64,000 bases of DNA from Escherichia phage vB_EcoP_SU7, in the sequence record NC_070980.1. The stretch is one strand, 5' to 3'. The translations under genes were made by a program, and so were the position numbers. The notes beneath the pieces were generated by a model that ran no database searches, had not been told where the DNA came from, and saw only the letters and a list, made by a program, of their open reading frames with translations. This document shows, piece after piece, positions 20,347 through 30,954 of the stretch (the first letter of the stretch is position 1; the number at the start of each line of letters is the position of its first letter).

Positions 20347-21378
20347 ATGGCTTATGGAATATGGTGTCAACCTGTAGGACCGGGACCAGCTTCCCCAGCT
20401 CCTCTCTTTATTGATAGCGGAAGCACTTTTCCTCAAATAAAAAATTCAATAAGTGGGAGTTTCAACTTTAACGGGGCTGGAAGATCTTTTCCTATTAGTG
20501 GGTGGGATGGGAGTGGTCAAATAGTGATTGTACCAACAGGCTCTCTTTGTTGGCAATGGGAGGTTCCTCCTAATTTAGTTCCTGATGTATATTGTGTCAA
20601 CAATATCTATGTAGAGAATAACACATCATTCAGGGTTACATTAAACCAAAACCCGGGAAGCAACCCCTTGTTTGACTGTGGTTTCAATGTATATCAAATC
20701 TACCCAAGAGCTGATAGGAACTATGGAATAACCTTCTCTAATACAGCTGATTACTTCTCTATCTCAGATGCTGGGATTGTGGGTCAATGTATCTGGGCTT
20801 GGCAAGGAACTATAAACAACGCTCTACAGATACCTGATATTGGTGGTTTCTATATGCCTAATGCTGTAGTTTTTGCTAACTGGTCTGATGGTGGTGTTGG
20901 TTTATCTTATACGTCAGGAGATAGGGTGATTCGAGTTTATCAAAACAGGTCTTATAACAATGGCAACACTAATGAAGGTGGTTCTGTGTTTGCTAGGGTT
21001 GCTGTATTTTGTAATGGTGCTGGGGTTCCTGAACACAACGGCGGTTTAAATATATACTCTCCCGGAACTACTCAGTGCGTATTCTCTACTTATAGGTCTC
21101 CTTTTACAGTAGACACTTTCGTAGGCTCAGCAGGTGGAAATACTGGCTTAGCTTATCCTATGATTCCTCTGTCTTCTGGAGTTGGAGCTATCAGAGGAAG
21201 TGGGAGTGGTTGGTATTATCAACAAATGCGTTCTCATACCATGTCAGGGTCTTCAATAGGAACTGGATATGGTAGATATATGTTCCAATGGTCTAACAGT
21301 TATGACTTAGGTTCTAATGCTGCTGTTAATATCTCCATCCCTGTAATCAACGCTGCTAAGATTTTTGCAGGTTTATGA
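20347..21378 (+). CDS. Virion/tail protein (hypothetical)
   Basis: 343-aa Gly/Asn-rich ORF coupled to the upstream gene. Confidence 0.4.
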   Translation: MAYGIWCQPVGPGPASPAPLFIDSGSTFPQIKNSISGSFNFNGAGRSFPISGWDGSGQIVIVPTGSLCWQWEVPPNLVPDVYCVNNIYVENNTSFRVTLNQNPGSNPLFDCGFNVYQIYPRADRNYGITFSNTADYFSISDAGIVGQCIWAWQGTINNALQIPDIGGFYMPNAVVFANWSDGGVGLSYTSGDRVIRVYQNRSYNNGNTNEGGSVFARVAVFCNGAGVPEHNGGLNIYSPGTTQCVFSTYRSPFTVDTFVGSAGGNTGLAYPMIPLSSGVGAIRGSGSGWYYQQMRSHTMSGSSIGTGYGRYMFQWSNSYDLGSNAAVNISIPVINAAKIFAGL

Positions 21379-21390
21379 TAAGGAGTTTTT

Positions 21391-22188
21391 ATGACAAAAA
21401 TAATGGGAGTGTCAGAGCTTGACCCTTTGGTCCAACAAGCTTCTAAGAAATATGGCATTCCTGCTGCTCTTATACATGCAGTGATTCAGAGAGAGTCTAA
21501 TGGAAGACCTTCTGTTGAATCTGGTACAGGACCAGTAGGTTTAATGCAAATCAGTAAGGGGTTGGCTAAAGATTATGGATATAAACTTGAAGATAGGTTA
21601 GACCCTGCAAAGAATATTGACATGGGTGCTAGATATTTAAGAGATAACCTGAAAGCTTTTGATGGTGATGTGAGGAAGGCTTTGGTGGGGTATTCAGAAG
21701 GAACTGGTGGTGCTAAGCAAATGTTTGCTGGTAAGAGAGGGTTTACACCTCAAGCTTTAGATTCAATGAATAATAAGCTGTTCCTACCATTCTTTGATAA
21801 GAACACAGCAGCGGCACAAGTGGCTAATCCTGTAGGTGCTTTGAAAGCAGTTCAGCCTGTGGACCAGTTTGATTCTAATACGCTGACTAGAGAAGGTGCT
21901 GCAAACGCTCCTACTCAAGCAGAGATAGCTGCAAGCAAGGCTGGAGCTTTAGGTGGTCGTCCTGTAGAGTTTTACTCTGATGAACAACCTACTGGGGAAA
22001 ATCAAAAACCTCAACAGAACTTTGGAAATGCTGTATTGGCAGCTGCTTCTATGCTTGCAGGAAAACAGCCTAACTCTCAAACCGTACAGAGAGCACATGC
22101 CCCTACTCAAGCAGGTTCTCGATACAGTCCACAAACACAAGCCGTGCTGAGACGTTTGTCTAGCATAGGTACTGATATTTACAGATAA
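21391..22188 (+). CDS. Virion-associated lytic transglycosylase (SLT domain)
   Basis: SLT catalytic region AALIHAVIQRESNG...GLMQI near the N-terminus. Confidence 0.65.
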   Translation: MTKIMGVSELDPLVQQASKKYGIPAALIHAVIQRESNGRPSVESGTGPVGLMQISKGLAKDYGYKLEDRLDPAKNIDMGARYLRDNLKAFDGDVRKALVGYSEGTGGAKQMFAGKRGFTPQALDSMNNKLFLPFFDKNTAAAQVANPVGALKAVQPVDQFDSNTLTREGAANAPTQAEIAASKAGALGGRPVEFYSDEQPTGENQKPQQNFGNAVLAAASMLAGKQPNSQTVQRAHAPTQAGSRYSPQTQAVLRRLSSIGTDIYR

Positions 22189-22197
22189 GGAGGACGT

Positions 22198-23250
22198 ATG
22201 TCTCTTTTCGGTTCTGCTCCTAAATCTAAGACTACGGTAGCTCCGTCTTCTCAGGTTGATGCTCTTCTGAAACAGATTGTAGCAAATGCTCAGGCTATGA
22301 ATCAAAACGATCAAGGTTTTATTGGTCGTAACGTAGCGGGTTTTAATGAAAACCAAACAGCAGCTCTTTCTAATTTAGCAAATTCTAACACACTCAACCA
22401 ACTCAGTCAGATGTACACCCCTAGAACTCAACAAGGGTTGGACCAGATGAATGAGTTGGCTCAGAAATATCAAAACCTAGTTAATAAAGGTGGTATCACT
22501 GCTCAGGTTGTTAATAATTTTAGCTCTGGATTGAATAGCTCTGCTTTAGCTAAGTCTACAGGTAAAGCTGCTGCTAATGTATCTCTTGGTAATGGTTCTG
22601 ATTCAGGTTCTCTTAGACGTGCTGCTGCTCAAGGTGCTGCTCTCTCTTCAGCGAATACAAACCTTTCTCGTTCTATTCAAGGTAAAAACATGGGTGTTAG
22701 CAATCTTATGAATAACAACTCCTATCAGCAAGGTTTGCTCAATGCTCAATCGGGTCTAGCAAATCAGAATTTGAATCTAGGAGCTGCTGGGGTACAAGCT
22801 GGTCAACAGGCAATACAGAATCAGCTCACTGCTGGGAATCTTCAACAACAGCAAGATCAACTCCAAGCTAACAACAATTGGGAGAATGCTATTGGCAATC
22901 AGCAGTATGGTTGGAATCGGCTTAACAACCAGCTTAATGTATTAAACTCAGTAAGCCCAATGGCTGGGTACACCATTACTAACAAAGGTGCTGCCCCTAA
23001 TGTTTCACAACAAATCCTTGGTGCTGGGGTTACTGGTCTTGGTATTGCTGGACGTCTAGGTGCTTTTACCCCTAATCAGCAAACTACTAATGCTTGGAAC
23101 TCATACAATGCTTCTGGAGGTCAAGCTGGGATGGCTGGTCCTATGATTGGTGGCTCAAACCTGTCTCAACAGAATGGTCAGAGCAACTGGTTATCTACCG
23201 CAGGAAGTAATATCTTAGGTGGTGTTCTAGGAGCCTTTGGAGCAAATTAA
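22198..23250 (+). CDS. Gln/Asn/Gly-rich virion protein (paralogue 1)
   Basis: N-terminus MSLFGSAPKSKTT... and Q/N-rich body; paralogous to 23260-24228. Confidence 0.4.
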   Translation: MSLFGSAPKSKTTVAPSSQVDALLKQIVANAQAMNQNDQGFIGRNVAGFNENQTAALSNLANSNTLNQLSQMYTPRTQQGLDQMNELAQKYQNLVNKGGITAQVVNNFSSGLNSSALAKSTGKAAANVSLGNGSDSGSLRRAAAQGAALSSANTNLSRSIQGKNMGVSNLMNNNSYQQGLLNAQSGLANQNLNLGAAGVQAGQQAIQNQLTAGNLQQQQDQLQANNNWENAIGNQQYGWNRLNNQLNVLNSVSPMAGYTITNKGAAPNVSQQILGAGVTGLGIAGRLGAFTPNQQTTNAWNSYNASGGQAGMAGPMIGGSNLSQQNGQSNWLSTAGSNILGGVLGAFGAN

Positions 23251-23259
23251 GGAGGAGCT

Positions 23260-24228
23260 ATGGCTTTATTCGGTGGTGGGAGTAGCAAGACTACTTCTAA
23301 AATGACAAGACCTGACTACATTCAGTCCTATATTGATCAGTTGGTCAATCAGGTTAATAGCACTAGTTCAGGCGATTATGTGTATCGAGAAAATGTTGGA
23401 CTTAATCAAAACCAGCAAGAAGCTCTGAACAATCTATCACAATCTGGTGCATTAGGTGCACTTTCTTCTCAGTATATGGATGCTGCTCAATCTGGCTTAG
23501 GTTATCTAGATAATGCATACTCTGGATATAACAACCTGTCTAACTCTGGTCAAATCACTGGGGAACAGATTGGTGCTCTTGCAGGCCAGCTCTATGACGA
23601 TGAGGCTGTGCAAGCAGCTATTGCAGCGAATAATGAACAAACCCAACAGAGTTTGGCTAGGAATGCACTTCCTCAAATCTCTCAGCAGTTTGCTGGTCAG
23701 CAAGGTTCTGGTGCACGTATGGCTAAATCTTTTGCTCAAGGTGATGCTCTGAACCAGATGCAGAACACAGCAACCAATATTACTAATAGTGCTTATGACT
23801 CCGCTCTAACTCAAGCACAGAACATTCTTTCTGGTAATAGACAAACACAAGCATCTGCTTTGGGTGGTTTATCTAACATTGGCTCCAATCTTGCTAATCT
23901 AGGAAACCAAGCTGGTCAGTTATCACAACAGCAAATGATGAATCAGTGGAATGCAGGACTGCAACAGCAGCAACAACAGCAGTCTGATTTGAACAATGCT
24001 TATGAGAATGCTCAGAATGCCGCTAATTGGGGTTGGCAGGATATTAACAATCAACTAGGTGCTGCCGGGGTTCTTAATGGAGCTTTAGGGACAACCACAA
24101 CTACTAAAACATCTGGTGGTAGTGGAGGCTTCCTAGGTGGTGCTGCTAGCGGTGCTGCTGCTGGCTCAGCTTTTGGCCCTTGGGGTGCTTTAGCTGGCGG
24201 TGTTATCGGTGGCTTAGCTAGCTCTTAA
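23260..24228 (+). CDS. Gln/Asn/Gly-rich virion protein (paralogue 2)
   Basis: N-terminus MALFGGGSSKTTSK... parallels the upstream ORF; tandem duplication. Confidence 0.4.
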   Translation: MALFGGGSSKTTSKMTRPDYIQSYIDQLVNQVNSTSSGDYVYRENVGLNQNQQEALNNLSQSGALGALSSQYMDAAQSGLGYLDNAYSGYNNLSNSGQITGEQIGALAGQLYDDEAVQAAIAANNEQTQQSLARNALPQISQQFAGQQGSGARMAKSFAQGDALNQMQNTATNITNSAYDSALTQAQNILSGNRQTQASALGGLSNIGSNLANLGNQAGQLSQQQMMNQWNAGLQQQQQQQSDLNNAYENAQNAANWGWQDINNQLGAAGVLNGALGTTTTTKTSGGSGGFLGGAASGAAAGSAFGPWGALAGGVIGGLASS

Positions 24229-24242
24229 TTAGGAGAATAATT

Positions 24243-25910
24243 ATGCAACAAACTTCTTATGCGTATCTTCGCAGTCAAGACCCAAGAAATCAGATTTATG
24301 GTGTTAAACAAGGGGCCGCTTCGGCCTCTCCATACATGGCAAGACCTGCTTACCCAGCTGCTGATGTTTCAATGTATAGTCAGAGACCTCCTGCCTCTCC
24401 TGTAGGTTTATCCTCTCTTGTTGCTACTGCTCAAGAAGACCAAGAAGCTATGTTAAATCCGGGATTTAGGCAGCGCCTTATGGAAGCAGAGAATCAAGGG
24501 ACTCCTACAAGCCTTCAGGGTATTGATATTGGCGAACCAGCTCCTGCTATGAATAACCCAGATCTATCCTCTGATGAGGGTCTACAAGCTGCTGGGTTGA
24601 TGCCTAGTGACCCACTTCCTGTTACTCCTCCTCGTAAACCTCTGGAAGAAACAGATAAAGAGTTCTCTCCAGTTCAGGTGGAACAGGCTCAGAATGTTAT
24701 TAACACTTTAGCTAATAGTAATCCAGCTCCTGAAGGTATGGCTGGTGCAACTCGTGCTAAAGACCAAGAACGTATTAATAATGATATTATGGAAGTAGCT
24801 AAAGCTAAAGATCCAGCACAAGCTTGGAATGAGCTTCAGAAGCAACCGTTCTACCAGAAGTCTAGTTTCTATACTGGCTTAATGGGTGTTGGTCTTTCTA
24901 TCATGTCAGGTAAATCCCCTATTGAAGCTTTCCAGATTGGTTCTGGCTTAGCTGCTCAGGATGAAACTAAACAACAACTAGAAGCCAACCGTGATGCTCT
25001 GTTAGAACAAGGCTATTCTCAAGATTCAGTTGCTGCTGCAATTGCTTCGGGAGATCCCTCCCTTCTCAAAATGCGTCAGATTAGTCCTCAGGAGAAGATG
25101 GCTCTTGCTGCTCAGGATGAAGAACGTGCTAATCGTGAGTGGGATAGACGTCAACAGATTCAAGAGAATTCGATGCGGGAACGTGCTGCTGAAACTCGTC
25201 GTGCTGCTGAAGAACGTGCTAATGCTCAGTTCGAGAAACAGAAAGAACTTATTGGATATCGTGATCAAGTTAAAGCAGAGCGTGCAGAGAAGGCTGCTCA
25301 GAGCTTTACTTTCAACCCTAAAGAAGTTCGTCTGGCTCAGAACACAGCAGAAGGTACAGTTGCTAAGCAGTGGGCAGAGAAAGCAGGTCTGTTCAACCAG
25401 TCTCATAAGGACTTGGATTTAGCAGACAAAGCTGTTAAGGATAAGGATTACCAAACTGCTCGTTCTGCTTACATGCAGGCTATTATGAACTCCGCAAGGG
25501 CAGAAATTGGTGCTAACCGTTCTCTCCAAGCTGATGACTTGGCTCACTTTGCAGAAGACCCGTCAATCTTCGTTAAGGTTGGTAATACTTGGTCCCTTAA
25601 AGCAGGCTATCGTCCTTCTGATGCTGCTCTGTCATATGCTCGTAAGCAGGCAACTGTTGGTGCTACTTCCGCTGAGAAAGGTGTGAAGGATGCTAAGAAA
25701 GCAACAATTGAGGCATATATCGGTTCTGGTATGGATAAGAAAAGAGCTACAGCTCTTGTCAACCGTGCTATCCCATCTGCTGGTTTCTATGACCCATTCG
25801 GTACGTTTGAGAGTGAAGCTGAAGCAGCTGTTGGTGGAGATACTACAAATCCTCGCTTAACAGGTGCTCTTTCTTCTTCAGCGGCAGATACGAGTTGGAT
25901 GTTCCAGTAA
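24243..25910 (+). CDS. Internal virion protein (hypothetical)
   Basis: 555-aa ORF in the run of large late genes; coiled-coil/charged central region. Confidence 0.4.
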   Translation: MQQTSYAYLRSQDPRNQIYGVKQGAASASPYMARPAYPAADVSMYSQRPPASPVGLSSLVATAQEDQEAMLNPGFRQRLMEAENQGTPTSLQGIDIGEPAPAMNNPDLSSDEGLQAAGLMPSDPLPVTPPRKPLEETDKEFSPVQVEQAQNVINTLANSNPAPEGMAGATRAKDQERINNDIMEVAKAKDPAQAWNELQKQPFYQKSSFYTGLMGVGLSIMSGKSPIEAFQIGSGLAAQDETKQQLEANRDALLEQGYSQDSVAAAIASGDPSLLKMRQISPQEKMALAAQDEERANREWDRRQQIQENSMRERAAETRRAAEERANAQFEKQKELIGYRDQVKAERAEKAAQSFTFNPKEVRLAQNTAEGTVAKQWAEKAGLFNQSHKDLDLADKAVKDKDYQTARSAYMQAIMNSARAEIGANRSLQADDLAHFAEDPSIFVKVGNTWSLKAGYRPSDAALSYARKQATVGATSAEKGVKDAKKATIEAYIGSGMDKKRATALVNRAIPSAGFYDPFGTFESEAEAAVGGDTTNPRLTGALSSSAADTSWMFQ

Positions 25911-25980
25911 TCTAAGACCTAAGTCCTATCTCTTATAATGTATATAGGAGGTAGGACATTTTTATTTATAAGGAGACGTT

Positions 25981-28900
25981 ATGGCTAATTTAAAATCGTG
26001 GGAAGAAGCTTCCAAAGCTCCTGCGTATCTGAATGCCTCTCCAGAGCAACAGGCTCAAATGAGAGAACAATACAAGGCAGCAGGGGGCACTATTCCTGAG
26101 ACTCAACCACAAGAGCAACCACAACAAGAAGAACGAGGTGTTATTGGGGAGTTTGCTCAAGGTGTGTCTAACGCTCTTCAATCAGGTGGTGCTAACATTG
26201 CAGCTAGTGCTGCTAAAGGTTTAGGTGGGCTGGTAGAGATTGGTGAAAACCTAACTGGTTCGGAAACAAGCTATGGTAAGCGCATTCAAGAGAACTCTAA
26301 GCAATTGCTGGAAGAACGCTTATCCAAGATAGGAGATGGTTTTGGTAAAACAGCTGGTCAGTATGCTGGTGTTGCTGCTGATATTGGTTTGACAGTTGCA
26401 AACCCTGCTGTTGCTGCTGCTGTTATCACAGCTCGTGAAACAGGTCGTGCTTATGCTGATCAAACTCCTAAAGAAGATGAAGATAAGTCAATCTTAGATG
26501 CTGCTCTTGTTGGTGGTGCTAACTACGCTGCTCAGAAGATACTTCCGGGCATGACTGGTACAGCTTCTACTACTCTAGGTCGTGTAGGACAAAGCGTAGC
26601 CTCTAACGCGGTTGCTGGTGCTAAGGGTGGTGCTATTGTTGGTGCTGCTGAAGCTCAGAACAAATATGGAGATGATACTACTCTAGCTAATGTCTTAGAA
26701 GGGGCTATTGAAGAAGGTGCACTCGGTGCCGCTTATGGTGGGGCGATTGGTGGGGTTCATGGGTTAATAAGTCGTCCTAGTCCTCAAGTGTTTGATCGTA
26801 CTCCTGAGCATGTTAAGACTGACATTGCTGCTGAAGATGAGGCTATTCGTAAAGCTGCTAACGCTGATGAACTTCGTGAAGCCTATGCTAAAGCTGAGAA
26901 TGCTAATGCTGCCTCTGCTTTAAACCTTCTGGATGAAAATGGTTTCCGAATCACAGATGCAGTTGCTATGGACTCTCCTGCTGTTCAACGTATATTAAAT
27001 ACAGATCAAAGTCGTGCAGAGAAGGCTGCTACGGTTCAGAAAGATAGTTCTAACGTTCCCGGTCTTAATCCTTTAGCTTCTCCTAAGAAGACTCAAGGTA
27101 AAGCTTTTGCTGACAATGAGTACAACCAGAAACAAGCTGTGGCAATGAAAGATGCAATGGCTGACTACACTAAAGATAACACCAAAGCCCTTACTGATGT
27201 TCTAGACAATCTAGACCGAGAGTTAGTAGCTCTGAGAGCAAGTGGTGATTTTACTGGTAGTGCTATTGACATTAAAAACCGTACTCAAGCTGATCGTGAT
27301 TTTATTGATGCTTATAAAACTTTTTACAGTGAAGCTAATCGTTTCAAAGCTCGTGATGGTGAAGACCTAAACAACTTCATTGATAAAGCTACTCAGTTGC
27401 AGAAGCTCTCTGAAAATGTTTCTCCAGAAATGAAGAAGGCCATTGGTGGATTAAAGAAACTAAAAGGTATGCCTGAAGGTTTTAACCCTATCCAAGATGC
27501 TTTCACTCTGAATAATACAGCTAAGTTCATGAGTAACCAAGACCGTGGTTGGACCTCTCTGACTGATGACGGTTTTCGTGAAGCTCCGGCTCCTGTGTTA
27601 GTTAAGAACCCCCTCGGTGCAGCCAAGTATGTACTTAACCGCTTTACTTCCGATCGTGCTCGTGCTCAACGTGAGAAGCAACAGTCAGCTAATAGTGAAG
27701 CTATCCGCTCTTTGGCTAGGGCTGATTTAGAAGTACAACGAGCTAGGACTCAGGCTGAAGAAGCAAGAGCAAAAATGGAAGAAGAACCAACCACAGAAGA
27801 CATCAAATTCCGTACTCAAAATGATGCACCTTCCGAACCGGTTCGTGAGGAGCCTTCTGCTACTACTGTGACGGAAGAAATTCCTTCCTCTCCAGCTCCA
27901 ACTGAAACACCTCTTACTGCGAGGGATTTGGTTGCTCAAAGACGTGCTCTACAACAAGCAGAACTTAGACGTCAAGAAGCGGAAGCTGCTCAGGCTCAAG
28001 AAAGCACTACTCCAGAACCTGAACCACAGCAAGAAGCATTGACAGCGAGAGAGCTAGTAGCTCAGCGCAGGGCTGTAGCAGAAGCGAAGAAACGTCAAGA
28101 AGCAGAGGAGGCAGAACGTGCCAAAGAAGCTCCTGAGAAGACCGTAGAGGAACCTCAAGAGAAACCTGAGCCATTACCTGCTCGTGCGCCTAAAGCTCCT
28201 GAGAAGGCTCCTGAGCCTGTTAAACCATCACTCGGTGTAGAGCGTCTGGCTTCCATGTCAACTGCTGCCCGTCAGGCAACAAAAGATCGTGCTGACCGAT
28301 TTGCTCGTTCTTTGTATTCGGCTGCTGCTAAAGCTAAAGCTACTGCGGAAAACTTCCTTTCTTATAAAGGAGACCCTAAAGAGCTTATGCGTCGTATCCG
28401 TCAGGAAGACCAAGCAAACAACACACAGCGTCATGAAGAGATGGCTAGAAACCAGCTAGCTTCACAGCAAGGTATTGCTTCTGCTAAGTCTCAACATGTT
28501 CGTTCTTCTTTTGCTGATTGGGTAAAAGAGCGTGGATTGCCTTCTGATATTGCTACTAAGGCTTTACGTGCTGAAGAGAAGGGTTTGGGTGGAAACGTCA
28601 CAAGTCTAGACTCACTGAAACGAAGAGCTGAGCGTTTATATCAGAAACAGAGAGATGATGAATTTGACCGTCTCTATCGAGAGGCTCTGGAAGAGAATAA
28701 AGCTTTTGACAAGAAAGATGCTCCTAAACTGGTAGATCAGAAGAAAGAGCTTCAGGATGAAATTGGTACACTGCTTGATGCAGAACCGTTACGTCCTGCT
28801 CAGAAAGATGCTATGCGTAGGATTATGGAAGACTTCGTGGAGAGTAAGTTTAAATCTTCAGAGAGAGCTGGAAGGGTTGAGGCTTTGGAAGTTGGTCAGA

Positions 28901-30426
28901 TGAAGGATGTGTGGGATGGGTTTATTAATACCTATAACCGAGAAGTTAACATGTTCAACAAGGCTAACAAGAATTCTCAATACGAAGCAGCAGCTAAACA
29001 CTTGCAAGCACGTCAAGAACGTCTTGAGACGCTCCGTAACAGAGCTAAAGCTCGCAGTGATGCTAAGGCAGCCATGGAGGCTGAGAAGCAGTCCTTGGAG
29101 GCTATAGCGGCTCAGAAATCCGAGATGGAGAAGATGTTCAAAGAGTTGCCTGAAAGTGTCAGAGAAGCTCAGGAAGGTCGTACTTTGAAGCAGCTTGCTG
29201 CTCACCACGATAAAAACTCTCCAGTACCACCAGAGCGTTTCCGTAGTATTATTGAACGTATTCACAACGCTGAGAGTGATTACCTCGATCGCAAACGTCG
29301 TTTGACCGAAGCAGAGGAAGATGCTCGTGAGGCTAAGTGGAACAGGATGTATGAACAGGCTGAGGAAATGAACCGTAGGTTTGATATTGATTCTAGAGTG
29401 AAGAGAGATAAGGCTCTGAAAGAAGCTCAGGAACGGGAGAATGACCTAATGGCAGTTCAACGTCAACGTGACGACATTCATAAGCGTTTAGTCAACACTC
29501 TGGAAGAGAAGGGGGTTTCTAGGGAGGATGCTGAAGCGTATGCTGGTTCTTATATGGACAATCGGTATGCTTTGTTAGAGAAACCTATGACTCCAGTGGA
29601 ACATCAGAATGCTCGTGCTCGTATCGAATCTGACGTAGAGAAGTTTGTTAAGAAGTATGAAACAGCTACTCCAATCGAAAGAGAGATTGCTAAGGCAACT
29701 GGTGATGCAGATGGGAAAGCTTCTGACCTTGATGCAGAAACAGCAAAAGCTATCGAAGATGCTCGTAAAGTTGATTCTGATTTTAAGAAACTTTTAGATG
29801 AAGAGAAAGAAATGGAGAAGATTCGTTCGGCTCTACCTGAGGATGAAAGATCTCAGGCTAACTCTGATATTCTTGAAAGTATTAAGAAGCAGGAAGATGA
29901 CTTTGCTAACAAAGCAGAGAAAGCTTTTATTGAAGGGAAAGACTTGCAGGAGTTGGCGAGTGTTGCAGAGGTTCTAGATAGGGTTCATGGTGCAGATAAG
30001 GCTGGTAACAACCGTCGATTTGTGCGTGCTCTACAGACTGCTGCTGAGAACAAGAAACGTTATGGAGATAATCCAGTGGCTTGGTTTAGTGCTGATGATT
30101 ATTCTGCTATTGCGAAACTTGGTGCTGCTTCGGCAGGTGGTAACAAATCTCGAGCACTTGAGAAGATCTTTGGTTCTACAGCAGAACAAGCTAAAGGGAA
30201 ACTTTTAGGGAGGGATGATGTAGCTAAGATTAGACGTGTGATTGAAGCGAATCCTAATGCTAAGATTCCTTCTTACAAGACAACTACTCGACAAGAGTAT
30301 TTACAGTTCTTGGAGAAGTATAATGACGAGGGAGAGTTGAAAGTCAAACGTGGTTCTCTGTCTGACAAGTTGGAGAGAAGTAAGCGTCAAGCTAAACTTC
30401 GTGTTAGAGTTCGAGCTAAGGAGTAA
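25981..30426 (+). CDS. Large internal virion/ejection protein (or tape-measure-like protein)
   Basis: 1481 aa, Ala/Glu/Lys/Arg-rich coiled coil with Gly-rich N-terminal segment; no tail tube/sheath genes recognised, so internal-protein role is favoured. Confidence 0.45.
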   Translation: MANLKSWEEASKAPAYLNASPEQQAQMREQYKAAGGTIPETQPQEQPQQEERGVIGEFAQGVSNALQSGGANIAASAAKGLGGLVEIGENLTGSETSYGKRIQENSKQLLEERLSKIGDGFGKTAGQYAGVAADIGLTVANPAVAAAVITARETGRAYADQTPKEDEDKSILDAALVGGANYAAQKILPGMTGTASTTLGRVGQSVASNAVAGAKGGAIVGAAEAQNKYGDDTTLANVLEGAIEEGALGAAYGGAIGGVHGLISRPSPQVFDRTPEHVKTDIAAEDEAIRKAANADELREAYAKAENANAASALNLLDENGFRITDAVAMDSPAVQRILNTDQSRAEKAATVQKDSSNVPGLNPLASPKKTQGKAFADNEYNQKQAVAMKDAMADYTKDNTKALTDVLDNLDRELVALRASGDFTGSAIDIKNRTQADRDFIDAYKTFYSEANRFKARDGEDLNNFIDKATQLQKLSENVSPEMKKAIGGLKKLKGMPEGFNPIQDAFTLNNTAKFMSNQDRGWTSLTDDGFREAPAPVLVKNPLGAAKYVLNRFTSDRARAQREKQQSANSEAIRSLARADLEVQRARTQAEEARAKMEEEPTTEDIKFRTQNDAPSEPVREEPSATTVTEEIPSSPAPTETPLTARDLVAQRRALQQAELRRQEAEAAQAQESTTPEPEPQQEALTARELVAQRRAVAEAKKRQEAEEAERAKEAPEKTVEEPQEKPEPLPARAPKAPEKAPEPVKPSLGVERLASMSTAARQATKDRADRFARSLYSAAAKAKATAENFLSYKGDPKELMRRIRQEDQANNTQRHEEMARNQLASQQGIASAKSQHVRSSFADWVKERGLPSDIATKALRAEEKGLGGNVTSLDSLKRRAERLYQKQRDDEFDRLYREALEENKAFDKKDAPKLVDQKKELQDEIGTLLDAEPLRPAQKDAMRRIMEDFVESKFKSSERAGRVEALEVGQMKDVWDGFINTYNREVNMFNKANKNSQYEAAAKHLQARQERLETLRNRAKARSDAKAAMEAEKQSLEAIAAQKSEMEKMFKELPESVREAQEGRTLKQLAAHHDKNSPVPPERFRSIIERIHNAESDYLDRKRRLTEAEEDAREAKWNRMYEQAEEMNRRFDIDSRVKRDKALKEAQERENDLMAVQRQRDDIHKRLVNTLEEKGVSREDAEAYAGSYMDNRYALLEKPMTPVEHQNARARIESDVEKFVKKYETATPIEREIAKATGDADGKASDLDAETAKAIEDARKVDSDFKKLLDEEKEMEKIRSALPEDERSQANSDILESIKKQEDDFANKAEKAFIEGKDLQELASVAEVLDRVHGADKAGNNRRFVRALQTAAENKKRYGDNPVAWFSADDYSAIAKLGAASAGGNKSRALEKIFGSTAEQAKGKLLGRDDVAKIRRVIEANPNAKIPSYKTTTRQEYLQFLEKYNDEGELKVKRGSLSDKLERSKRQAKLRVRVRAKE

Positions 30427-30433
30427 ACAAGAA

Positions 30434-30465
30434 AAGCCCCCAACCTGTAAAAAGGAAGGGGGCTT
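30434..30465. terminator. Bidirectional terminator-like hairpin in the convergent region
   Basis: AAGCCCCC...GGGGGCTT stem with T-runs on both strands, between the last plus-strand and first minus-strand gene. Confidence 0.5.
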
Positions 30466-30654
30466 CTTTATTTCTAGATACAGGTTCGACGTTTTATATC
30501 AAACCTTTATCACTTCTCTTGCCATATCTACTGTACAGTAGGGGTGTGTCCTTACTCTTAATAGGAACTATTAGAACAAAGAGAAAACCCAAGGCTACTA
30601 GAATCCATCAAATTCGTCATACATCCCAATTTTATTCTTCAATCATAAAATCTC

Positions 30655-30954
30655 CTAGATTAAATCATAATACTTAATAATATCAGAGAGTTTGAACTCT
30701 CGAATGTCGTTCTTGTCGTTGTCCCAAGCGGTCATTATCCAACAAGGTTTGCCCCCATTATGATAACGGGAAGAAGCAACTGAGGTTCGTAAAGGAATAA
30801 CGGAGCGGTCTGCAATCTCGCCTCTCCAATTACGATAGCTAAAGCGAAGAACTTGTTTCGTAGATACTTGATCATGTGTGTTTTCCTTATTCATAGATTC
30901 AAAGACTTCCTTCTCTTCAGGAGTCTCTAGATTTTTTAAATTCGCGTCTTGCAT
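30655..30954 (-). CDS. Hypothetical protein
   Basis: Track ORF 30655-31023 trimmed to internal Met (MQDANLK...) to limit overlap with the upstream HNH gene. Confidence 0.35.
   Translation of the reverse strand: MQDANLKNLETPEEKEVFESMNKENTHDQVSTKQVLRFSYRNWRGEIADRSVIPLRTSVASSRYHNGGKPCWIMTAWDNDKNDIREFKLSDIIKYYDLI

Noticed and set aside
25981-30426. Interpreting the 1481-aa protein as a siphovirus/myovirus tape-measure protein
   Set aside because: No tail tube, sheath or baseplate genes are recognisable and the replication module is T7-like, so an internal ejection protein is favoured; this remains uncertain.
30480-30500. GGTTCGAC sequence resembling a tRNA T-loop in the convergent intergenic region
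   Set aside because: No flanking T-stem complementarity and no acceptor/anticodon arms can be built; it is more likely part of the terminator region.
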